Source: Epithemia pelagica (lineage: Eukaryota; Protista; Bacillariophyta). From it: 64,000 bases of DNA. Where the stretch lies: assembly GCA_946965045.2 (NCBI GenBank), contig OX337239.1, positions 2,046,001 through 2,110,000 on the forward strand. Reading direction: 5' to 3'. Of the stretch, positions 11,043-23,046 are shown one piece after another; the first letter of the stretch is position 1; every line of letters starts with the position of its first letter. A model generated the notes under the pieces. It was not told the origin of the DNA, ran no database searches, and worked only from the letters and a program-made list of their open reading frames with translations. The position numbers and the translations under genes were made by a program.

Positions 11043-13046
11043 TCAATGCTCAATCACTCGATACTGAAACGCATGCATCAACTCTGGATCCAAATGCTGA
11101 GCCGCATAAATTTTGTCCTTGAGTGTCAATCCTTGTTCTCGTCGAGTTTCATTCGCTGTCTTCACTAGAGCCTTGATGAAGGTCGTTCCACTTCCATGTT
11201 TCTTGGCACTGTCCGTCTTGTATCTGAACCGTTCCTTGTTGGGAACACCAAGGCATTCCGACATTTTTTCCATGATCGTCGGCGCATGCATCAACATGTC
11301 CTCAAAGCGGATAATCAAACGTGGATACTTTTGTTTGTTTTCCCAATAGGGGCGATACCAGTCATTCCACAGATCCACCAAGCTATCAAAGTACATAATA
11401 TCCTGCTTGTCAAAGGTCACCTGGACTTGAAAGGTGGACTCATCTGCCATTGCCGAGTCATCGTCCATGTTCTTATTATTGTTTGTCAATGGAATATCTG
11501 GTTTCTTCGCCGTTGCGAGGGTTGAAAGTCTTCGGCGTCGCGCAGCTCCTTCCACATCATCATCATTCTTCCCACCACTGCCTGTCATGGGTGGTTCGTT
11601 ATCAATCTCTGCTTCCAGGCTATTCTGAGTATTGTCTGTTAGGCCAGGTATGGAGATTGGTATGCCAAACAGGTGCTGGTAGTTGGTGCTACTTTCGTTG
11701 CTTGTACCGGCGTCGCTGTTGCCGCCGACTAGATTGGTACTGTTATCTTTGCTTCTATTTCTGTGACGATTGTGTAGCATGGTTTCATTGAAAGCCCACA
11801 TTTTCCACTTTTGCTTGTCTCGTTCCGAAACGACCAAATTGGGACAACGATTGGGACCACGTTTCCATTTCGCGGCGTATGACGCTTTGCACTAAAGCAA
11901 AAGAAACAACAACAACAAGAAAATCACGCACACAAGTACTTGGTAAGAAACCATCCACACGAATGTGTCAAGTTGATCTGTAGTACTTGACCGGAACAGA
12001 GCAGCTGCAATCTTTTCATGACTATCATTCAATAGCATAACCAGCATATGGCTACATATGTACAACAGAAACGACAGCATCAACACACAACCAAGTTCCA
12101 CCTCCATACAAAGACCACAAGTCGCAATTACCACATCACACAAAGCGCAACATCACCACAGCCGAAAGTTCAAGACACTTGGACAAGCCTCAAGTGTGTA
12201 TGAATCCTGCGCCAAACAAACACAAAGACGTGTACGTACCATACTTTGCATCCATTGATAGGGGTCACGGATCAGTATGATCGGCAAACAATTGGTTTGA
12301 TTCAATAGTGCACTCCGTCCAACGGCCGAGTGTTGCAATCGTTGATATTCCATCCGATGTTTGCCCCAGGGAACTTGGTAATAGGCCGACACCATGGAGG
12401 AGCGTTCTAAATTGTGTTGCATGGAAAAGGCCAAATTGTTGGTTCCCGTATTAAACATACCCGCTGGAGCCACGTACCGTTGCCGAAGGTCGGGTACCAA
12501 TTGACGATACACTTCGCAGGTGTCCATGCCGTAAATGACGGGGCCAGCATTGGATTCGTCCTCATTCGTTGGCCCATACAAGGCCTTCATGGAGGCTTCC
12601 AAGGCTGGCAACGATGCACGTTCTTGGGAATCCAGGGAAAGGAACACGTGTGCTTCCTTCATGACCTCTTTCAGAGAAGTTCTATTTATGTTTTCGATTT
12701 TTGCTCTTTCTTGACCAAAGCTAGCCGGTAGAGAAGAGACGATCATGGCATGTTTCAAGTCAGCCATGCTACTTTCCATTAAATTGGCCGGATGATGATG
12801 ATCTTCCCCAGTTGAACTTAGATGGGATGGCAGTTGGTAGGTAAAGGTTTGAAACAGACAAATGGCCAGTGCCGAAAGCAATATCCACGTCGTCCACGAA
12901 GAGAGGGGGGACCGTCGTTTTCGAACCAACCGTTCGGACAACGGTTTGATCCGTTTGTTGTGTCCTCCACCACGCGCCATGTGGTTGTTGTTGTTCATGC
13001 TACGTGTGGGTGTGCCAACGGACGACGACAACGATGAGTTCTTCAT
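11043..13046 (-). CDS. Type II membrane sulfotransferase-like (P-loop fold) protein, 2 exons (13046-12240, 11891-11043)
   Basis: Motifs PAGMFNTGTN, QVPWGKH, IRDPYQWMQSM|CKASY, IIRFED. The GT..AG intron at 12239-11892 (348 bp) joins the two track ORFs in frame. N-terminal TM helix present. Confidence 0.8.
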
Positions 13047-13480
13047 GGTCTTTGGGAAGAAAGACTTTTGGTGGTGGTGGTGGTGGTGGTGACACTGAAT
13101 ACTGCTGCACAGTGGTGGTTCTTTCTTCTCTTTTGTTTGTTTCTTGTGTTATGGTTGCTTCTGTGATACCATTGCCAGTCTTGGTTTAGAGTGAGTCGGT
13201 GGCAAAAAAAATGACTGTTGGAAAGTTTGTGCCCAAACGATCCCACTGAGTTTGAGAAGAGAGAAAAAAGAAGTATGGGGAAAATGGAAGACACTGCTCT
13301 TTGGGACGAGCCAGCAATAGACTGGATATGGTGATTGTGGTTGCAACAACACAATGGATTCTATCTTCGTCACTTTCTGTCGTCGAAAGTAGAAGAGAGG
13401 AAATGTTTTGTGACTTGTGACTGTTTTGACCGTTAAGCGCACGGTCTCGTCCGTCCGTCCGTCAACCCTCAAGAAGTCTA

Positions 13481-14086
13481 AGGGCTGGGTAAGCCGATCC
13501 ATGTTCGGCTAAGTAGGCTCAGTACAAAAGCTACGTAGAGTACATAAAATCAGATAGTACACGTCACGCCGGAAATGGTCGGAATTTCAAAAAAAATGCA
13601 AAAACGCTCGACAATGATGGCGAGATCCGGTGACGCCGTATGCATTCACCCATGCATCGCATAAACATCCAACCACCGTAAGTCCTTTGCCTTTACCTTT
13701 GAAATTGTTGTCTAAAATTAAAGAAGGTTTGCCAAGTTGGCTGAAAAGGTACGCTCATTTTTCTGCAGTGATGAAATCGAACGACCGCCCTAACTCACTC
13801 ATTTTTCAATGCTGACTCGACCGAATTGAAAGCATAGTCACTCTAGTAGTAAATAATCTTCTTGTCAAAGCGGTCGAGGCAAGCTCTATTATTGAGGAAG
13901 TTATGGCCATGGGGGTGATGGCTTCCACCATTGTCGAGCGATGGCTTCCAATTTGCATTGTTTCTCGTGGCAGCAAGTTTTCAATTTGAGACCATCCGCC
14001 CCACTTGTTACACTGATGAAAATAGTACTACGTAGCTTAATGTACTGAGCCTACTTAGCCGAACATGGATCGGCTTACCCAGCCCT
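13481..14086. mobile_element. MITE / non-autonomous DNA transposon, 606 bp, TA-flanked
   Basis: Perfect 46-bp TIRs (13481-13526 AGGGCTGGGTAAGCCGATCC...CAGTACA versus 14041-14086). TA on both flanks (13479-80 and 14087-88). No coding capacity. Confidence 0.9.
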
Positions 14087-15041
14087 TACCAGCTAACCTT
14101 ACCGTACATCTTTAGGAATAGAAGCTTTGCATTGTTTAAGGTCGTGAATGGCATGAGCGCCATGGTGGTGGTCTCTCATCTCTCACATGAGACGGCGACC
14201 ATGTGTTTCCTGTTGTTTTGTGGATCTCACCTCTAGAAGTACCATTCATGATCTGCTGCTAGCAACACCAATGAAGCTACAAGAAATTGGTTCACCACCA
14301 TCTCATAAATATGTGTGTTAGGTACAGAGGTCGATTAAAACTGTGTAAGTTACTCCTAGGTAGATCGGTCGATCAATGAAGGATGTTTCCTGGCATGTAC
14401 ATTCGCGTGGGAACGGAGTGCCACAAAGCGACACACACGTCTCTATAGAGGACTGGAACAGGCCTCTTTTCCGAACATGCCCTTGAGCAGAAGAGTCAGG
14501 TGGATAAAAGGCAACGGATCTTCAATACTATGCTTCTTAGATAGGACATGGAGTTGGACAAGTGAAACAATAACATAGACTACCTACTCCTACATCTCTT
14601 TTCAAGCGATAGGTTATGAGCACATACTGGATACTCCATTCAGGGACCAATGGCGCGCCGTCGCTCGTCATTTTTCTCGTTGTTTTCGCGGTTTCTCGCA
14701 TCGCTGTCTCCTCGCCGTGGTCACACGCGCTTCCGTGTTGGTGCGAGTTCTCCATCCATCATCACCCTTGTGTATACAACATACAACAGACTCTCGAGTC
14801 TTGGTCCACTACAGGAAACAAGAGACCAGCAGAATCCCTTTCTCCCTGACTCTCTACTCTCGAGAGAAGTGCATTCGGTGAACAGCGATTCACGTTATAC
14901 TATTTCATTACCACGACTCTGCATCACAACATTACTCTCCGTCCAGGAAACTTGAGTCGACTCGGTTCTGACGGACTGTCTTGCGCAAGGTTTTGATCCA
15001 CCAAGAAGAACAGAAGAAAGAAGAGATTTTGAGTTTGAGCC

Positions 15042-18000
15042 ATGACAGAAATTGCGAGTTTGGTGTCCTTGTTGACGGCCTTGACCCAGCCGGACACGAA
15101 TACGATTCGACAGGCCGAAGCTGCCTTGAAACCCATTTTGAAGAATCCTGCCTGCATGAATCCGCTTTGGCAGATCATTGCCGATACGAACCAACCCATT
15201 GCCGTCCGCCATGTGGGTGCTATTATCTTACGAAAACGATTGGTGGCTCATTATTCCACTTCCTTTGATGATGCAACCAAGTTGCAATGGCAAAACAATG
15301 TCTTGAACGCCTTGGCTCATGAAGCGGAACGACCCGTTCGATCCGGCTTGGTGGGTGTGGCAGCGGCTTTGGCCCAAGTCGAACAAGCCGCCTCGCCGCC
15401 CTTTTTGCAGTTCCTAACGGCGGCTGCGAATGAAACGCAAAATCCGGCCGCTCGAGAATTGTGCTTTTTGCTCTTGTTGGAAATGACCGATACGGTCGGA
15501 TTGCATTGGAAGGAACACATTCCTAGCTTGTTGCAATTGTTTACCCATGTCCTCAACAACCCCAACGAATCTACGGCTGTTCACAAGGCTGCCGTCCAGG
15601 CCATTGGACAACTCATGGCCTTTTGGGCCGATGAACCAGAAATCGAGTCCATGGCTCCACTCTTGCCCATGCTCTTGCAAGTTGCCGGACGATCCGTGTC
15701 GGGGGCCAACAATGCCACCATTGACGATGACTTCTTGTCCACCGTTTTGGATGTCTTGTACGAATTGGCCTACAGCCCAGCTCCCTGCTTGCTGCAGTAC
15801 ATGCCCATTACGGTCGAGTTCTCCCTCCAATGTTTGGTGACACAACAATTGGAGTTACGGGTCCGTGATGCAGCGGCCCTCGTCATTGCCACGACGGCCG
15901 AAGCCAAGCCCAAGCCGTTTGGTCGTCACGAAGCCTTGTTGGGCGCGGTGCTGGATGCTCTCTTTCAGTTGGTACAAAACTCGAATGATTCCGCAGCCGG
16001 TGCTCTCTTTGAATCCAATCCGGCCTGGAAGGCCGATCTGGACGATGCCAACAATGAAGACCTGGACGATGGAGAAGGTGGCTTGGATAGTCCCACCGAA
16101 ACGAGTATGGCACAGGGGACTCTGGATATGATTGCGTGTGAAGTACCGAAAAAGTTTGTGTGGCCAGCTTGTTTGAAACGCTGTTTGGAACGTTTGGCGA
16201 GTTCCGATGGGAGTGCTCGAAAGGCTGGCATTGCATGTTTGGGTGTCATTGCCGAAGGTTGTACGGAACCCTTAACGGCTGCCTTGCCCGATGTCATGCC
16301 CCGCGTCTTTGCGGCGGCACAAGATCCCGAACCTCAAGTACGAGAATGTGCCTGCTTTTGTTTGGGACAAATTTCCGAACATTGTCAACCCGACATTTTG
16401 CATTACAGTCCGCAAATTTTGCCCATTGTCTTTGGCCTGCTCGACGACAACAATGTGGCTGTCCAAGCCACCTCCTGTTATGTGTTGGAAATGTTTTGCG
16501 AACGGCTCGAACCGGAAGCGGTACGACCGGTCTTGGATTCTTTGGTACGAAAATTGGCCCACATGTTGGAAGTCACCAATAAACGAAGCGTACAAGAAAT
16601 GGCCGTGGCTGCCTTGGCCGCAACGGCGGTCGCGGCCGAAGAGGAATTTACTCCCTACGTCCAAGGTGTGGCCAGTCTCATGGAAAAGCTGATTCAATTG
16701 CAAGATCCCAATTTGTATTCCTTGCGAGGCCGAGCCTTGGAATGTATGGGTCACATGGCCATTGCGGTAGGACGAGATACCTTTCGTCCCTACTTTGAAG
16801 CGACCATGCGATCGGCACTCGAAGGTTTGACATTGAACCCGGACACGTCGACGGATTTGCAAGAGTTTGCCTATGCCGTCTTTGCCAATTTGGCCAAGGT
16901 AATGAAAGATGAATTTGTCCCCGCCCTTCCCGAATTAGTACCGCATTTGCTCAAGGTGATTGAAATGGATGAAGGACAAATTGAACAAGCGGATCCGGAA
17001 GAAGGCAAGGATGGTGGTTTGGCGATTGGTTTGGATGATTCCGATGATGAAGGGGATGAAAATGATGGCCAGTATGTGCTTCATGTACGAACGGCCTTGT
17101 TGGAAGTCAAGAAGGGCGCGATTACGGCCTTGGGAGAAATGGCGGCCCATACCGGTACCAACTTTTGTCCCCATTTGGAACAATGCATGCAAGTCTTACA
17201 AAAGGCGGCCAACAATTGGCATCCTCTCATCAAAACTGAGGCGGCCGACGCCTTGACGTCCATGATTATGCCCTCGATTGCCGCCTATCATAATGGTGAT
17301 TTGCAATGGACCAAGGCCGATGCGGTGGGTGCCTCCGCGGCCAGTCCCTTGTCGCCACACACGGCCGCCTTGGCGCAGGCCGTCTTGACGGAAGAATTAG
17401 CCCTCATGAAGGACGAAGAAAAGTCCACAGTAGGAAAAGCCTGTGAAGCGGTGCAGACTGTCATTGAATTGTGCGGACCACATTCCTTGTCACCCGTATT
17501 GAATGATGCCCTGAGCAATACGTTTGATTTGTTGTCGAGGAGTGCTCCTTGCCAAATCGCGGATGAGATGTATGGCGAGGGTCCGGTAGGCGACGATGAC
17601 GACGAAGACCACGATGCCTTCATGCAGGCAGCCTGTGATTTGGTGGGTGCCTATTGTCGTGTCATGGGATCGCACTTTGCCCAGTATGTGCCGCAGTTTT
17701 TGCCTTGCATTTGTGAGTTTGCCAAACCCAGTCGACCGGCGAGCGACAGGTCCATGGCGGTGGGCTGTTTGAGCGAAATTGCTCAAGAAATAAATAGTCC
17801 AACTACCTTGGCCGACCATTGGCAAACGGTCTTCTTACCAGCAATTCTTAATGGATTGAAAGACGAAGACTTTAATGTGAGGAGAAATTCGGCCTTTTGC
17901 GCTGGTCTGTGTTGTGAAAATCTGGCCAAGGCGAAACAACAGCAAACACAACCGCCGCTATCGGTAGATGTGGTCAATGACTATCCAACCATTTTGCAGC

Positions 18001-18359
18001 TTTTGGGACAAAACTTTGGTTTGGAAGATCCGAGTGGCGGAGCCAATGATGGCTTTTTGGCCTGTGTCGACAACTCCGCCGCGGCCGTGGCCCGCATGAT
18101 TATGGCGTCTCCCGAACACGTTCCCCTGGAACAGGTGTTTCCCGTCTTTTTGCGAGCATTACCCCTCAATGTAGACATGACGGAAAATACGACCGTCTAC
18201 CAATGCTTGACGGGTTTGTTGCAAATGAATCATCCACAAGCTTTGGCCCAACGCGAGGAAATTCGACGAATATTGACGGAAGCCACACATGAATCGAGTA
18301 AGGTAGATGCGGAAACAAAGGGAATGCTGCTTCAAGCATTGCAAGGATTGCAGCAATAA
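15042..18359 (+). CDS. IPO4: Importin-beta family HEAT-repeat karyopherin, importin-4/Kap123-like (1105 aa)
   Basis: N-terminal IBN_N-like PDTNTIRQAEAAL...VRHVGAIILRKRL, HEAT repeats throughout, acidic loops, RGRALECMGHMAIAVG, VDNSAAAVARMI. Confidence 0.85.
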   Translation: MTEIASLVSLLTALTQPDTNTIRQAEAALKPILKNPACMNPLWQIIADTNQPIAVRHVGAIILRKRLVAHYSTSFDDATKLQWQNNVLNALAHEAERPVRSGLVGVAAALAQVEQAASPPFLQFLTAAANETQNPAARELCFLLLLEMTDTVGLHWKEHIPSLLQLFTHVLNNPNESTAVHKAAVQAIGQLMAFWADEPEIESMAPLLPMLLQVAGRSVSGANNATIDDDFLSTVLDVLYELAYSPAPCLLQYMPITVEFSLQCLVTQQLELRVRDAAALVIATTAEAKPKPFGRHEALLGAVLDALFQLVQNSNDSAAGALFESNPAWKADLDDANNEDLDDGEGGLDSPTETSMAQGTLDMIACEVPKKFVWPACLKRCLERLASSDGSARKAGIACLGVIAEGCTEPLTAALPDVMPRVFAAAQDPEPQVRECACFCLGQISEHCQPDILHYSPQILPIVFGLLDDNNVAVQATSCYVLEMFCERLEPEAVRPVLDSLVRKLAHMLEVTNKRSVQEMAVAALAATAVAAEEEFTPYVQGVASLMEKLIQLQDPNLYSLRGRALECMGHMAIAVGRDTFRPYFEATMRSALEGLTLNPDTSTDLQEFAYAVFANLAKVMKDEFVPALPELVPHLLKVIEMDEGQIEQADPEEGKDGGLAIGLDDSDDEGDENDGQYVLHVRTALLEVKKGAITALGEMAAHTGTNFCPHLEQCMQVLQKAANNWHPLIKTEAADALTSMIMPSIAAYHNGDLQWTKADAVGASAASPLSPHTAALAQAVLTEELALMKDEEKSTVGKACEAVQTVIELCGPHSLSPVLNDALSNTFDLLSRSAPCQIADEMYGEGPVGDDDDEDHDAFMQAACDLVGAYCRVMGSHFAQYVPQFLPCICEFAKPSRPASDRSMAVGCLSEIAQEINSPTTLADHWQTVFLPAILNGLKDEDFNVRRNSAFCAGLCCENLAKAKQQQTQPPLSVDVVNDYPTILQLLGQNFGLEDPSGGANDGFLACVDNSAAAVARMIMASPEHVPLEQVFPVFLRALPLNVDMTENTTVYQCLTGLLQMNHPQALAQREEIRRILTEATHESSKVDAETKGMLLQALQGLQQ

Positions 18360-18566
18360 TGATAAAACATTTGTACTAATTCTTTGTGAAAAGACATTAG
18401 TTCAGAGTATTCAAGAGGTAGCTACTCAGTGTCAGGCCTACTACCGTGGTGCTAGGACGGTTGTCCGTTGTCTATACAACAGTTGCAACCTGAATATGGT
18501 CTGACTTGAAAGTGGCAGCATTGTTTGAGTTGTGTCCATAAAACTGAAAATATTTCAGCAGGTTCG

Positions 18567-20579
18567 TCATTGGCTTTGTGTAGGAGTGGAAAATGTTGGC
18601 AATACGATACCGTGACAGGCAGCTTGGGCAAGTTGTTTGCGCAAAGGAGGAACATTTTGAATAAAGTTTATTCCCATACTCTTCACGTGTTGCAACGGCG
18701 TATTGTGTTGCTGGAACATTTGGTGCAACACATGAATGCCGCTCAGAGTTGCCGATACGGACATTTTACGATTGGTGTCGTATTCTTGCAAAAAAAGAGA
18801 AATATCCATACCTGCTTGATACGACTTGTTAATGACTCGAAGCAATTCCGAGGCATCTTGCAAGCCCAAGTTCAGACCTTGACCAGCCATGGGATGAACC
18901 GAATGGGCAGCATCTCCCACCAATGCCAACCGTGGTGCAATGTAGGAAGACACTTGCGCACAAGAGAGGGGAAAGGCAAAGCGAGGTGAAACAATTGATT
19001 CAATGACAGGAGGAGCCATGTAACTTCCCCCTTGCTCTTGAGCCAACATGGATGGCCCATAATGGGCCAATGATTCATACAACTTTTCCGCACCGTACAT
19101 GAGATTCACCAGTGGCTGGGGAGCTGTCTGTTTCATCGATGATGGTATCAAAGAAGAGAGGAGTTCAGGACCTTGCTGGAAAAGCTCATTGATGTGGTTC
19201 ACCAATTCATCAAGGGACTGGGGTTCCTGTGCGGCAATAGGACGAGGATCTTTCCATTGTTGAGCCAGTTCCGGGGTGGTACTCCACACCACAATCGCAT
19301 GCTCAGGGGAAAATGTAGGTAGAAGGGCAATGGGACCATGCTGTTGCGGAAGGAATCGTTGAAAGGTACGTTGTTGGTGCGAGGATGCCAGTTCCACGGT
19401 AAATGTCAAGGCCTGTTGATTGTATTCCAGAAGGGATCGTGGGATGCCGGTCAATTTCCGAATCATCGATTGAGCTCCATCGGCTCCAATCAAAAGTTGT
19501 GTTCGTATCTTTGCTGGTTCTACCAAGCTTGTTGGTTCTTGGTTTGGAGACGACGGTTTTAGATGAACCTTTACGACTCCCTCTGTTGATTGCGAGGGCA
19601 TTTGAAGATCTGCGACAGAACAGTTCGTCCACACACTACAACCATTTGGAACTTCCTCGACAGGATTCCCTGACACTTGCGTGTCTGATCCATTACCACT
19701 GATATGTCTCCATAAATGATGCACAACCACTTCATCTTCAACAATTGCACCTAAATGATCCGATGCAATATCCTTGTTGGCCTGAAAGAGCAGGGATGCC
19801 GGGTGACCCGCTTCCCACACTTGCATACTACTGTAGTATCCCAGTCGATCCAAAGGTATTTCTGGATTCGTCAACTTTTCATCATCACTAGCGCTGCTAT
19901 CATTGGTTCCGTTCGGATCACTGTTGATAAGGCCCAACCACTCCAAAGACTGGGGAGAAAGGGCGTATGAACGGGGATTGGGTATCTCTGGGAATGGTCT
20001 GTCATCGGATCCTAAAGAGGGACCGGACCTGGCCTCCACAAGACCAATTCGCAGGTAGGGAGTCTGCAGTAACAATTGACGAGCCAAACTACACCCCACT
20101 ACGCCTCCTCCTACGATCAAGACATCCAAATCCGTATAGATCTCGCTGTCAGTGGATTTCACAATGCCACGGTCGTGTTGTGAAGCTGTTCCACTACCTA
20201 CAGCCATGGAGGAACTATAGGATCGGCGTTGTCCAATCAGTGTCCATCCATTCTTGGTCCTTTTCTTCTTAACAGGACGCTGGCCATGAATGCCAATGGT
20301 ATATATGCTTTCATCTCTGACGACATCGTATGAAGAAGAAAAGGGATGCAACGCACTATATTGTCGTATACCCGTGCTCAGGAAACGAACGGGTGGATCG
20401 CATATGATCCGATCCCGCTTTGCTTCAATGGATCGTCGTTTTGAAGGTACACGGCAGTGCCTGGGGACCACCGTACTCTGGGAATCCAACAACGAGGAAC
20501 CAGCAGCAGTCGAGCAGCAACCTCGGAGGCTCCGCGTGGCCAACCTTCTCAAGAGAAAAGGGGATCGTTCAACAGCCAT
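18567..20579 (-). CDS. COQ6: FAD-dependent ubiquinone biosynthesis monooxygenase (UbiH/COQ6 family) with presequence
   Basis: DVLIVGGGVVG, RSYALSP, LLIGADGAQS.IR, GPIALLP, RLALVGDAAHSVHPMAGQGLNLGLQD. Arg/Ser-rich N-terminus. Confidence 0.9.
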   Translation of the reverse strand: MAVERSPFLLRRLATRSLRGCCSTAAGSSLLDSQSTVVPRHCRVPSKRRSIEAKRDRIICDPPVRFLSTGIRQYSALHPFSSSYDVVRDESIYTIGIHGQRPVKKKRTKNGWTLIGQRRSYSSSMAVGSGTASQHDRGIVKSTDSEIYTDLDVLIVGGGVVGCSLARQLLLQTPYLRIGLVEARSGPSLGSDDRPFPEIPNPRSYALSPQSLEWLGLINSDPNGTNDSSASDDEKLTNPEIPLDRLGYYSSMQVWEAGHPASLLFQANKDIASDHLGAIVEDEVVVHHLWRHISGNGSDTQVSGNPVEEVPNGCSVWTNCSVADLQMPSQSTEGVVKVHLKPSSPNQEPTSLVEPAKIRTQLLIGADGAQSMIRKLTGIPRSLLEYNQQALTFTVELASSHQQRTFQRFLPQQHGPIALLPTFSPEHAIVVWSTTPELAQQWKDPRPIAAQEPQSLDELVNHINELFQQGPELLSSLIPSSMKQTAPQPLVNLMYGAEKLYESLAHYGPSMLAQEQGGSYMAPPVIESIVSPRFAFPLSCAQVSSYIAPRLALVGDAAHSVHPMAGQGLNLGLQDASELLRVINKSYQAGMDISLFLQEYDTNRKMSVSATLSGIHVLHQMFQQHNTPLQHVKSMGINFIQNVPPLRKQLAQAACHGIVLPTFSTPTQSQ

Positions 20580-21900
20580 GTTAGAGGATGATATACGAAG
20601 GCAATTGTGCTGTCAAAGCGCAAGTGCAAATGCCACCGGGGAAGTCCTCATTCTTGGTTGACGACGGAGGGCAACACATCTTGACGGGGCAACGTCCATC
20701 CGTCGTCCGTTGATATTAGTACTTCTCCTTACCGTAGCTATCCCGGTAGAGAAGTAGGTGCTCCTCTAGCTCTCTAGAGAGAGTAGGAGTCATCCTAATC
20801 CAACCGGAATGGCAAATGGCAATGCGGCAAAGCAGGATTCTTGAAGGACTCCAATGGATGAGGATATTCTTGAACTTGTTCCCCAGCGCGTTCAATCCTA
20901 CCTAGATATCGGAACGTTCGACGAGAACATGCGGATTTGATCGACGGTTTATCCGTGATGGAAATTATGGAAACCGTGTGGATCGACGTACTTGCTACGT
21001 ACGACGAGATTGGGAAAATGCCGAATCGGCTGTTGGAGTCCATGTAAAAAGATATGTCGAGGACCAGCATTGCTATCGAAACCTCCAACCTCCAACTCGA
21101 ACCTTTTCCCGTCATGACACGTACTCCTAGAGAGTTTGAGGTTGGAGGTTGGAGTAGCAATAGATGGAGGACGAGTCGTCATGCCAATGACAACATAGCG
21201 AATCCACAACGACGTGGTGGATGGTGGAAGCAACTTGGATCTTTAAGAGAAGGACTCTGATTGGGTCAGGGTAGGCATGGGAGATTGGAGTATCGGCCAT
21301 TCCCATGGTAAACTTTTGGCCTCATTCCCGTGTGCCCACAAATTCGTTTTTCAGTCACATGTCATGTGGCTTGTGGCACGCACGTGCCATGTTGGCAACT
21401 ACGCAACAGCGAGCGTCTACTTATTGTACTTCGAGCCGGGCGAGAAATTGATTTCCGTTCAACGACTCACAATCTGTTGCGACCAAACGAGTCTTGACTT
21501 TCCAATTTCCAATCCATGGGACAGCAGAACGGGACGAGAAACGCAGCAAGTTTCAAGAGTCAAGTTTCAATTCTTCTAGTCGTAGTTCTAGGGTTACCGG
21601 TCCTTCAGACATGTAAGAATCGTGGCTTTCTTCATCGATCCAATGCCACCGTTGTTACCAACCATGAGAAACGAGTCTACGTGAGATGTTGATTAGGCAG
21701 TGAATTCAGGTCAAAGCGACCCATCCTGTGGAGATAGTATGGAATACGAGCCCTACGTTACAACCCTATGTAAATATGGTAGTGCAATAATGTTGAGAGG
21801 CCAATTCATAGGGGTATAAGGCGTATGAATAGCTTATGGGATATGAACATAGGTTGCTTAGGTGTACCTTGAAAGTCTTCTCATTGAGCGGCGTCCGGCG

Positions 21901-23046
21901 TCACAATGAAGGTGCAGTTGCAATACTCACTGGTGATCCAGGAGCGACAGACTTTTGTCGTTTGCAAGCTCTGGATGGGCTCGTTGGTGGACAACAAGTC
22001 TTTGGCGTAGTATGGTCTTCTGCCTGTCTCTGTAGATGGGACATGTCGAGCAATCCATAGTATCGCGCCAACGCAATAGGATGCCCATGGTCGCTTCCAC
22101 TATGTGAGTGATGATGGTCCAGCAGCATTTCAGGTAATAGTGTGGTCATGAGCTTGGATCTTAGGACTTCCATGTATTCAGCATCATAGTTCCCTGCAAT
22201 CTCAACAAAAGAGCTATGGAAGTGTGATCTCACGGATGCCGGTAGAGCACTCATCGTGAGAAGATCCATCGACACAGCCATAGAAACAAAGGCCACTTCA
22301 GAGGGTCTTGCATCCGTCATCTCCTTCCCAAGGCAAACTGACAGCTCGCAAAGATACCGAGCAAGTTCTTTGAGTACTTGTTGAACGAGTGGGTAACAGT
22401 GTTGTGATTCAAACGGCATCTTGTCTTGAGAAGGAAGGAGGTCGAGAAGATATGGAATAAAAGAAGTGGGGGTAGGTGAGTTCACCTTCCACCCTATTGT
22501 GTGAAGGATGAGCTTTTCCATCTCAACAACGTCTCGCTGAGAGAAGAGTCCTCGAGAGAAATCCACAAAAGGAGCAAGACAGAAATGTCTCCGTCGCTCA
22601 ACTTCTTCTTCACATTCAACCTCAGGACTGATCTTGATCGCGATGTATAGACATGCCATAGATGCCAGCTGAAAGGTACGAGAGTCGAAGCTTCGCTTGC
22701 AAGATATACACCGACAGGCGTACTGAGATTCCATTGGGAACTCGTGCTTCATGAGAAAACGATCGAGCAGGTTCATGGCAACCGATACAATTGATCGATC
22801 CAGACGAAAGCTATCAATCACCCTGTAAGACCACTGGCAAATTTTCCTTCTCCAATCTTCGGTTGTCACCCTCTGATCCAAGGGGATCTGACATGGAGAT
22901 GATCGAATCTGATAGTCCGCCTCCATGGCAAACAGCATAGATAATTGGTCTTTGGCAAGGTCTTGATCCCACCCTTTGTTTCCTTTCCTCACCGACATGG
23001 TACCAGATGTGTTGATCATTTTGTGATGGGCGGAAGTATGTTTCAT
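21901..23046 (-). CDS. Cyclin (diatom-specific type), 381 aa
   Basis: Cyclin box WRRKICQWSYRVID...VSVAMNLLDRFL...FQLASMACLYIAIK...EMEKLIL..IGWKVNSPTP. Confidence 0.9.
   Translation of the reverse strand: MKHTSAHHKMINTSGTMSVRKGNKGWDQDLAKDQLSMLFAMEADYQIRSSPCQIPLDQRVTTEDWRRKICQWSYRVIDSFRLDRSIVSVAMNLLDRFLMKHEFPMESQYACRCISCKRSFDSRTFQLASMACLYIAIKISPEVECEEEVERRRHFCLAPFVDFSRGLFSQRDVVEMEKLILHTIGWKVNSPTPTSFIPYLLDLLPSQDKMPFESQHCYPLVQQVLKELARYLCELSVCLGKEMTDARPSEVAFVSMAVSMDLLTMSALPASVRSHFHSSFVEIAGNYDAEYMEVLRSKLMTTLLPEMLLDHHHSHSGSDHGHPIALARYYGLLDMSHLQRQAEDHTTPKTCCPPTSPSRACKRQKSVAPGSPVSIATAPSL

Noticed and set aside
15317-20272. Many short antisense or alternate-frame ORFs inside the importin and COQ6 genes (likewise inside the transposases and cyclase)
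   Set aside because: Shadow ORFs of long coding regions with no motifs of their own.
20810-21160. Broken plus-strand frame (MDEDILELVPQ...DLIDGLSVMEIME) and a 14-bp inverted repeat (21083-21096 / 21141-21154)
   Set aside because: The fragment is too short to assign. The inverted repeat is made of a simple CTCCAAC dimer and has no TSD.
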